Source of the DNA: a candidate division WOR-3 bacterium
GTDB lineage: Bacteria > Hydrothermota > Tepidihabitantia > Tepidihabitantales > Tepidihabitantaceae
Length of the DNA: 26,930 nucleotides
NCBI GenBank assembly: GCA_965648905.1
Contig: CBFGIT010000033.1
Span: 1-26,930 of the forward strand
Direction of reading: 5' to 3'
Every line of letters starts with the position of its first letter. The first letter of the stretch is position 1. The notes beneath the pieces were generated by a model. The model had not been told where the DNA came from and ran no database searches. It saw only the letters and a program-made list of their open reading frames with translations. This document shows positions 17,152-23,976 of the stretch, in pieces. The translations under genes and the position numbers were made by a program.

Positions 17152-17673
17152 GTGAAACGTACCACAATAGCAATCATCGCCCTGGCCGCGATCGGCATCG
17201 CGCTGGCTCAACCCGGCCCAATGGCCGGTCCTGGCAGGCATATGAGAGCAGTCGACAAACCCGAGATGCCCGAGATGACCGCGGAGCAGCTCGACAAGAT
17301 GGACGGCCTGCGCATGAGCAATATCAAAGAGACAGCGCCGATTCGGGCTGACCTGCGCATCAAGGAGATGGAGCTTGCTGCGCTGTGGCGGGCCGACAAG
17401 CTCGACGCCAAGAAAATTGTTGCCAAGGTCAAGGAAATAGGCGACCTCCGTGCCAAACTGGAACTGGCACAGGTCAACCACCAGCTCGACATCTACAACC
17501 TGCTCACGCCTGAGCAGCGCAAAGCCTGGCGGCCGCCGATGATGGGCGGACGCGGGATGATGCGCGGCATGGGCCGGCGGATGATGCGCGGCGCGATGAT
17601 TGACGACGAAGATGTGGACGGCCCGCCGGGCGCTTGTGGTCCGGCGGGCTGCCACGGGTGCGGCATGAACTGA
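17152..17673 (+). CDS. Spy/CpxP/ZraP-family periplasmic chaperone
   Basis: AGGAG SD before GTG 17152; signal peptide ALA|Q; MTAEQ and LTPEQ motifs. Confidence 0.85.
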   Translation: MKRTTIAIIALAAIGIALAQPGPMAGPGRHMRAVDKPEMPEMTAEQLDKMDGLRMSNIKETAPIRADLRIKEMELAALWRADKLDAKKIVAKVKEIGDLRAKLELAQVNHQLDIYNLLTPEQRKAWRPPMMGGRGMMRGMGRRMMRGAMIDDEDVDGPPGACGPAGCHGCGMN

Positions 17674-17698
17674 CCCGCACCCCTGACGGCTCGGTCAG

Positions 17699-17730
17699 GC
17701 CGGAGGCCCGCGCCTCCGGCCTTGTTGTTT
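17699..17730 (+). terminator. Intrinsic terminator closing the 12593-17673 operon
   Basis: GCCGGAGGC-CCGC-GCCTCCGGC followed by CTTGTTGTTT. Confidence 0.7.
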
Positions 17731-17758
17731 GACAACGTGTGCTTCCCGGCCGTACAAT
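17729..17758 (+). promoter_or_regulatory. sigma70-type promoter, leaderless geometry, for the methyltransferase
   Basis: TTGACA, 18 nt, TACAAT, 5 nt, ATG 17764; no SD. Confidence 0.7.
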
Positions 17759-17763
17759 CAGGC

Positions 17764-18678
17764 ATGGACGGGCTGCTTCTTACCCTGCGGCCACTCCTGC
17801 AGGTGGTGTTCTTGGCCGCTGTCCTCTGGCTTGCCGTCCGGGTCCTGCACCGCGCCCTTCTCGGACGCATCGGCGAGATGGGTAGGTTCTTCGTCCTCGT
17901 CGCCTTGGCCGGGGTCTATGCGCTCGGATGTGTGCTCCTCATAGTCGGCGGTCCAACGGCTCTGCCGTTCAACCCTTTGTTCCTCACCCGGCCCGGCCCG
18001 TGGATGGCTGTTGTCGTCGCGGTCCTCCTCGTCTGGCTTATCATGCGTGAGCTGCCGTTCCCCCTGCCTCACTGGGCCGGCTTCATCCTAGACAGCCCGC
18101 TGCGCCGGTTGTTCATGCCTGCTGATGTCGTGCTCTCCCGCATGGCGGTCGGCCCGGGCATGCGCGTGGTCGAGGTTGGCTGCGGCACCGGCTACATGTC
18201 CCTGGAAGTCGCCCGCAGGATTCAGCCCAAAGGCGTGCTCTTCTGCGTTGACATCCAGCCGCAGATGACTGAAAAGACCCGCCGCCGACTCGGGCAAGGG
18301 GACATGACCGAAATGCCCGGCGTTTCGGATCGTGCCCCGGACCCGCCAGAGGTCCACTTCTTCGTCGCCCCTGCGGACAAGCTGCCCTTCGACATCTACG
18401 ACGTGGACCTGGTGTACTTCGTCACGGTGCTCGGTGAGATACCGGACCGGCTCGCGGCCCTGCGCGAGGCTTTGCGGGTCCTGCGGCCGGGCGGCGTGCT
18501 CTCGATATCCGAGTTCCTGCCCGACCCGCACTACCGGTTCCGTAACGACGTGGTGCGCCTGGCGCGGCAGGCTGGATTCGAGCACATCTCGACCGAGGGC
18601 AGCCTGTTCGCCTACACCGCGAACTTCCGCAAGCCGGCGCCGAAAGAGCCCCTCGGCTACGTGCCGCGGTTCACCTAG
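17764..18678 (+). CDS. Class I SAM-dependent methyltransferase with three N-terminal TM helices
   Basis: VVEVGCGTG, VDIQPQM, VTVLGEIPD, RVLRPGGVL...E...DPHY; hydrophobic N-terminal ~95 aa. Confidence 0.85.
   Translation: MDGLLLTLRPLLQVVFLAAVLWLAVRVLHRALLGRIGEMGRFFVLVALAGVYALGCVLLIVGGPTALPFNPLFLTRPGPWMAVVVAVLLVWLIMRELPFPLPHWAGFILDSPLRRLFMPADVVLSRMAVGPGMRVVEVGCGTGYMSLEVARRIQPKGVLFCVDIQPQMTEKTRRRLGQGDMTEMPGVSDRAPDPPEVHFFVAPADKLPFDIYDVDLVYFVTVLGEIPDRLAALREALRVLRPGGVLSISEFLPDPHYRFRNDVVRLARQAGFEHISTEGSLFAYTANFRKPAPKEPLGYVPRFT
18298..18338. repeat. REP-like imperfect palindrome inside the methyltransferase CDS
   Basis: GGGGACATGACCGAAATGCC-C-GGCGTTTCGGATCGTGCCCC. Confidence 0.6.
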
Positions 18679-18691
18679 CTCGTGCAGGGGC

Positions 18692-18720
18692 TTGATATCA
18701 CGCCAAACCTGCCGTAGAAT
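18692..18720 (+). promoter_or_regulatory. sigma70-type promoter of the PKD/PQQ-propeller gene
   Basis: TTGATA, 17 nt, TAGAAT. Confidence 0.7.
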
Positions 18721-18744
18721 GATGCACAGGTAGTAGGAAGGCCT

Positions 18745-18784
18745 GGGACATGATACGAATCACCAGGCGATTCGTTCATGTCCC
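18745..18784. repeat. REP-like palindrome in a 5' UTR
   Basis: GGGACATGA-T-ACGAATC-ACCAGGC-GATTCGT-TCATGTCCC (16 bp paired). Confidence 0.7.
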
Positions 18785-18805
18785 GCGCTGGCCAAAGGAG
18801 TACGA

Positions 18806-20617
18806 GTGAACAGACGCCTTTTCCTCCTTGCCGCCACGCTGGTAGCGGCGGTATTCTGTCTTGGCGACGGCTGCGGCGTACAGGTCACCGCCATCATCGT
18901 TCAAGCTCCTCAGCAGGTCGGCTCGGGTGACACTGCGCTCGTTGCGGTCTGCTCGGATGTCAACGCCACGGCCCCGGTCTGGGTGCGCTACATCCTCAAC
19001 TGGGGTGACGAGTCAGTCGACACCACGCGCGACTACTTCAAGGCAACCGACACGGTTCGGTTCAGCCACGTCTGGCACCGGCCGGGAACATACACCGTCG
19101 TCGTCACGCCCGATGAGTTCGGCCGAGACGCCGATGGGAAGTCAAAGCACATCCACCCGATGGAAAGCCAGTGCCACATCACGGTCGTCTCGACCGGACA
19201 TGAGCCGGTCATCTACTCCTTTACCGGCCCGGACTACACGGCGATTGACGCCGAGACCAGATTCGTGGTTGCTGCCGGTGACCCGGATGGCGACAGCATC
19301 GCGCTGCACGTCGACTGGGGCGACGGCGATTCAACTGATTCCGCGTACTTCCCGACCCCATGCACCGTGGAACTGACCCACGTCTACACCGGTGTCGACA
19401 CATTCTGGGTCAAGGCATTCTGCACCGACGTCTGGGGAATCGAGAGCCATGCCGAATCGCTGGAGCTGGTCGTCGGTCAGGCCGGCGCGGTCATCTGCTG
19501 GTGGCAGGGCTTTGAAAGAGAGCCTTGGTCCCACGTCAATTCGCCCGTGGTCGTCGGTTCCGGAGAGCAAGAACGCATCTACATCGCCACCGAGGAGGGG
19601 TTCGGCTCGCTGAGTCGCTCGTCTCGCCCGCACGGGGACCAGTTCTACCCGGGCTGCTTCATCAGCCACCCATCGTACTCCGGCGCGACCGGTCACATCT
19701 ACGCGGCCTCAGAAGAGGGGCAGTTGTATGCCTTTGACACCGGTCTCGTTCCTGCGTGGCGGTACCCGGATAACATTACCTACGTCGAATGGGGTTCGGC
19801 CGCGGTCAAAGGCAACCGCCTCTACGTCCCGCGCGGCGACAGCATCTTCTGCCTTGTGGACAATGGGTTGTCGGCCACACGGGAGGCCGCCTTCGGCCCC
19901 TCCGGGAAACTGGTCGACGCGCCGGTCATCGACGCGACTGGCAACGTGTACTTCGGCACCGACTCCGGCTACCTGTACAAGCTTGGTCCTGACCTGAGCC
20001 TAGTCTGGCATATCCGCCTGCTGGCCAACGGCAAGGTATCCGGCTTGGCCCTGCGTTCCGATGGCGTGCTCTACTGCACGTCGGATTCGGGGGCGGGACG
20101 GCTGTACGCCGTGAACCCGGACAGCGTGGTCGCATGGTCTGTTCCGACCAACGGTCGGGGCTCGCGCCCGGCAGTGGGACGGGACGACAACGTCTACTTC
20201 GGCACCGAGACCGGCTGGTTCTCCCAATACGACCGGGTCACCGGCACGGTGCTCTGGGAAAGGCATCTTGGCACAAGTGCGTTCGCCACCACGCCGGTCA
20301 TCACGGCCAACCTGTACGTCTACATCCAAGACGAATTCGACGTGCTTTACTGCTTCGAGCAGGGCGACGGCGACCTCGCTTGGGCGTGCGACTGCCCGGC
20401 ATCGCTGCCGCGTCCAGCGCCCCGCGGTCGGCGGATGCAGCCCAACGACTTCCCTCCCAACCCGACCATCCTGTCCGACGGCAACATCGTGGTCGCGGGA
20501 CAGGACGCGGTCTACCTGGTCAAGGGCTACGCCGAAGGCCCGCTCGACCTTCTTGCTCCCTGGCCCAAGTGGCAGCACGACCTGCACAATACCGGCTGCG
20601 TCACCGGAGGCAAGTAG
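18806..20617 (+). CDS. Exported (probable lipo)protein with two PKD-like domains and a PQQ/BamB-like beta-propeller
   Basis: AAAGGAG SD; NWGDES/DWGDGD and H.W..PGTY PKD patterns; repeated GNVYFGTDSG.LY...W blades; terminal WPKWQHDLHNTG. Confidence 0.82.
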   Translation: MNRRLFLLAATLVAAVFCLGDGCGVQVTAIIVQAPQQVGSGDTALVAVCSDVNATAPVWVRYILNWGDESVDTTRDYFKATDTVRFSHVWHRPGTYTVVVTPDEFGRDADGKSKHIHPMESQCHITVVSTGHEPVIYSFTGPDYTAIDAETRFVVAAGDPDGDSIALHVDWGDGDSTDSAYFPTPCTVELTHVYTGVDTFWVKAFCTDVWGIESHAESLELVVGQAGAVICWWQGFEREPWSHVNSPVVVGSGEQERIYIATEEGFGSLSRSSRPHGDQFYPGCFISHPSYSGATGHIYAASEEGQLYAFDTGLVPAWRYPDNITYVEWGSAAVKGNRLYVPRGDSIFCLVDNGLSATREAAFGPSGKLVDAPVIDATGNVYFGTDSGYLYKLGPDLSLVWHIRLLANGKVSGLALRSDGVLYCTSDSGAGRLYAVNPDSVVAWSVPTNGRGSRPAVGRDDNVYFGTETGWFSQYDRVTGTVLWERHLGTSAFATTPVITANLYVYIQDEFDVLYCFEQGDGDLAWACDCPASLPRPAPRGRRMQPNDFPPNPTILSDGNIVVAGQDAVYLVKGYAEGPLDLLAPWPKWQHDLHNTGCVTGGK

Positions 20618-20703
20618 CCAGACGACAATCGCGGCTGCAGACCGCTCCCACAGCGATCTCGCCAGAGTCGGGAGTTCTGGGACATAATACTTAATTATTG
20701 GTT

Positions 20704-20800
20704 GTCAATATATGGCAGGACGGTCAGGGCCTGTCCACGGGCAACGGCGTCTACTTCTGCAGACTGCAGGCTGGTGGTGCAGCGGTAGGGCGGGAAGTGA
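20704..20800 (+). pseudogene. Relic of a FlgD/T9SS-like C-terminal domain
   Basis: Frame from 20704 reads VNIWQDGQGLSTGNGVYFCRLQAGGAAVGREV, matching the W.G.D..G.....GVYFC tails of neighbouring proteins. No upstream body. Confidence 0.5.
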
Positions 20801-20861
20801 GGCAGCGCGCGAGGTTGACGTGGTTCTGCTAAGCGGTAGACTATCTCGTGTAGAGATAACC

Positions 20862-22238
20862 GTGAACGCCCCTGGATTCCGATTGATGCTCCTGGCCTGC
20901 TTCCTGCTGGCCGGCGGGGTGAGCTATGGCCAACCTTATGTCGAGGACTCGATTGATGTGGCAGGTCGGGCCGTGGGCAGCCTCGCGTTGAACTCGCGCG
21001 CCAACGTTGTGTACGGCGGGTCGCAGGAGGCTGGCATCTTCTTCGCAATATCAGCCGACAGCAACAAGCTTGTGGCGCGCTGGCCGTTGGCTCGGCCGCG
21101 AGATCTATGCTACGACTCGACCGACAACAAATGCTACGTTGCGCACTGCGGGGAGTGGGAGGATTACCTTGCGGTCATTGATGGGAACACGCACTCCTAT
21201 CTCCGGGGAATCGAGATGCCGGGAGCGACTATGCCGGTGTGGGACCCAGTCTCGAACCGGGTCTTCGTGACCAGCCAGACGCTCAACCAAGTCTTCGTGG
21301 TCGATTGCAGCACCGATTCCATCGTCGCCCGCATCCCGGTAGGGGACTGTCCGATACGGGCCTACCTTGGCCGACCTGGACGCAAGCTATACGTCATGAA
21401 CTCCGACGAGGGTTCGGTCTCTATCGTTGACATCGCTACGAATGCGGTAATTCGCTCCGTGGAGACGGGCGGCGACTTCGACGCCGGCTGCTACTCGTCC
21501 GTCGCTGACAAGTTCTACTGCGTGGGCGCGACGAGTATCGTAGTTGTCGGCGGTGCGAGCGACTCCGTAATAGGCCGCATCCCGTTTCCTCTCGGTAGTG
21601 GTGTGTCGACCATGACAGATGTGCCGACTAGTGGGTTGATGATGTTTGGCGTCTATGGTGGCGGCTACTCCGCGGTGTACTCGGTAGACACCCAGTGGGA
21701 TTCGGTCGTGAGTGTAGTGACTGTTGGCCGCGTGGCAAGCTCGTTGCTCAGTAGCCCCAGCAGGCGGCTCGTGTACTGCGCCGGCACAGTCACGGACGAC
21801 ATATCTGTGCTTGCAGACGATGGGACGCGTGTCAACGTAGTTCTGAGTGCGGGCGACTGTCCGTTTGTCATGGTCGAGGCACCCTCGGTTCACCGCGTCT
21901 ACGTTGGGCACCTGAACACCAGCAGAGTCTACGTGATACGAGACTCCACTTCTCCCGTGTCTGAGGGAAGGAATATCGCGGCAGGGCCTGGGCCGGCGCT
22001 GGAAGCGCGGCCCGCTCCATTCTCGAGTTCAGTCTTTGTCCGTAGCCTGCCAGGGGTCGGCCACGTCGTGCCGCTGCATGTCTACGCGCCGAGCGGGACG
22101 CTCGTGCGCACGCTGGCGGGCAGGGGCGTTTGGCATTGGGATGGTCGGGATGACCAAGGCCGTCCGGTTCCGGCTGGGGCGTACGTGTTGCGTATCGCCG
22201 GGTCGGCCGGTTCCACCGTGCTGGTCAAAGTGAAATAG
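20862..22238 (+). CDS. Secreted YncE/YVTN-type beta-propeller with FlgD-like C-terminal domain
   Basis: Signal peptide after GTG 20862 (or ATG 20886); TTGACG-16-TAGACT promoter at 20815-20842; V.V.D..T..V...I.VG..P repeats; WHWDGRDDQGRPVPAGAY. Confidence 0.82.
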   Translation: MNAPGFRLMLLACFLLAGGVSYGQPYVEDSIDVAGRAVGSLALNSRANVVYGGSQEAGIFFAISADSNKLVARWPLARPRDLCYDSTDNKCYVAHCGEWEDYLAVIDGNTHSYLRGIEMPGATMPVWDPVSNRVFVTSQTLNQVFVVDCSTDSIVARIPVGDCPIRAYLGRPGRKLYVMNSDEGSVSIVDIATNAVIRSVETGGDFDAGCYSSVADKFYCVGATSIVVVGGASDSVIGRIPFPLGSGVSTMTDVPTSGLMMFGVYGGGYSAVYSVDTQWDSVVSVVTVGRVASSLLSSPSRRLVYCAGTVTDDISVLADDGTRVNVVLSAGDCPFVMVEAPSVHRVYVGHLNTSRVYVIRDSTSPVSEGRNIAAGPGPALEARPAPFSSSVFVRSLPGVGHVVPLHVYAPSGTLVRTLAGRGVWHWDGRDDQGRPVPAGAYVLRIAGSAGSTVLVKVK

Positions 22239-22283
22239 CTTCCCCTCGGCTCAAGGAAGCCGGAAGAGAAGCAGGAGGTCAAG

Positions 22284-22514
22284 ATGAGCAGAAGGACTTT
22301 GCTCGTCGTGTTCGTTTTCACTTTCGCGGCCATGCCGGCGTTTGCCGGATGGCTTGAAGTCGCGGGCGGGCAAGGGCCTGCGCAGGTCGAGGTCGTGCAA
22401 CAGAGCTCGGGGAGTACGACCATTGAAGTCACGACCCGCGAGGGTAACTCACGGGAGTCCGGGCACTTGCCTGACATCTGCTTCGAGCTTGACATGAAGG
22501 CCAGGGTCGTCTAA
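22284..22514 (+). pseudogene. Truncated N-terminus of a C25-propeptide-type secreted protein
   Basis: AGGAGG SD, signal peptide, AFA|GWLEV...AQVEVVQQSSGSTTIEV resembling ALG|GWLPP...VRVEIVSQSASQTVLDL at 23977. Similarity ends near 22435. Confidence 0.55.
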
Positions 22515-22517
22515 GCT
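22489..22517 (+). promoter_or_regulatory. sigma70-type promoter of the second YncE-like gene
   Basis: TTGACA, 17 nt, TAAGCT. Confidence 0.6.
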
Positions 22518-22532
22518 TTGACTGGGACGTAG

Positions 22533-23906
22533 TTGGTGTTCTCCGCCAAGCTCGAGATTGCGCTGCTGCTGGCGGTCGGCCTGACTGCCGGGGTGGGCGT
22601 TAGCCAGGAGGTGATTGATTCCGTGGACGTAGGATGCACTTGGGTCGGCAGCCTGGACTACAACTCGCGTGCGAACGTGCTGTACGGGGTAAGCGAACTG
22701 GGCCGGGTGTTCACTATCGACTGCGCCACTAACCGACTTCTCTCATGGATTGGTGTACGGCGGCCGTTCGCGGTCTGCTACAACTCCCTGGAAAACAAAG
22801 CATACTGCACCTTCTGGGATTCGGTCCTGGTCATCAGCGGTGACAGCCACGTGCGGATCGGCTCGATCCCGGTGCCGATGGCGAGTAACTTGGTCTGGGA
22901 CGCACGGACCAACCGGCTCTACGTCAGCGGTTACGAGGAAGACGTCGTCGGCGTCATAGACTGCCGGACCGACTCGCTCCTGTGTTTGATTCCGGTTCCC
23001 GGCGGTCCACTCGGGCTGGACCTGAACACCCGCCACCCGAAGCTGTATGCCCGGTGCGTGGACGCCCAGAACGTCGCCGTCATTGACCTGACCACGAATC
23101 AGGTCGCCCGGGTGATACCGACCGGTGGTAACCTGCTTTCCTCCTGCTATGCCGGGTCAGTGGACAAGTACTACTGCGATGGGGATGGAGGCACAACCGT
23201 GATTCACGGCGCAGACGACACGGTTGTCGCAATCATACCCTGGCCCGTGGCGATGTCACCATCAGCGATGCTCGCGGTGGATGCGCATTCGCTCGTGACG
23301 GTCGCACTCGACGGGGCCCGGTGTTCGGTGCAGTTCGTATCCGGGCGGGGCGACTCGGTCTTTGCCGTTCTCCCGGTGGGCAGAGACCCGCTCGGGCTCA
23401 CTTGGAGCCCTGCAACGGACCTGGCTTACTGCGCGAATGCCGGTTCTGATAACGTCTCGGTACTCGCTGGCGACGGCTCGCGCTCTATCAAGACCCTGCC
23501 TGTCAGCGACGCACCATCGGTACTTGCCCTAGCATCACGCTGCCGACTCCTGTACGTAGGACACTATAACAGCAGTAAGGTGTATGTCATTGGCGACAGC
23601 ATGGCGGGCGTCGGTGAGCAGCGATGGCATGCCGTCGTAGATTCGAGGCTCCAGGCCGAGCCAAACCCTTTCTCTGGTGCCGTGATGCTGAGACGGGGGG
23701 GCCTCTCTACTACCGGCCAGGAGGTCGCGGTCTTCGCACATAGCGGGCGCAGAATCGCAGCGTTGCGCCAGGCCTCGAGTCCAAACGACGCGGTCGTATA
23801 CCAGTGGGACGGCCGCGACGCAACCGGCCGCAAAGTGCCGCCAGGAATCTACTTTGCCAGGCTTGCTGGGAGTGATGTTTCCATTCGCCTGGTCAAGGTT
23901 CGCTAG
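22533..23906 (+). CDS. Secreted YncE/YVTN-type beta-propeller with FlgD-like C-terminal domain (paralogue of 20862-22238)
   Basis: DSVDVG..WVGSL.YNSRANVLYG versus DSIDVA..AVGSL.LNSRANVVYG; EPNPFS...WDGRDATGRKVPPGIYF. Confidence 0.85.
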   Translation: MVFSAKLEIALLLAVGLTAGVGVSQEVIDSVDVGCTWVGSLDYNSRANVLYGVSELGRVFTIDCATNRLLSWIGVRRPFAVCYNSLENKAYCTFWDSVLVISGDSHVRIGSIPVPMASNLVWDARTNRLYVSGYEEDVVGVIDCRTDSLLCLIPVPGGPLGLDLNTRHPKLYARCVDAQNVAVIDLTTNQVARVIPTGGNLLSSCYAGSVDKYYCDGDGGTTVIHGADDTVVAIIPWPVAMSPSAMLAVDAHSLVTVALDGARCSVQFVSGRGDSVFAVLPVGRDPLGLTWSPATDLAYCANAGSDNVSVLAGDGSRSIKTLPVSDAPSVLALASRCRLLYVGHYNSSKVYVIGDSMAGVGEQRWHAVVDSRLQAEPNPFSGAVMLRRGGLSTTGQEVAVFAHSGRRIAALRQASSPNDAVVYQWDGRDATGRKVPPGIYFARLAGSDVSIRLVKVR

Positions 23907-23976
23907 ACAGAGCCGCCGCGCCTCGACGAGCAGCTCAGGCGCACAGCGGCAGGAATGAGCTCGAAAGGAGGAAGAC

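Noticed and set aside
20676..20705. dif/Xer-like appearance (CATAA-N7-TTAT)
   Set aside because: The spacer is 7 rather than 6 nt and there is no TTATGTTAAA XerD arm. It is better explained as a half copy of the GGGACA palindrome family.
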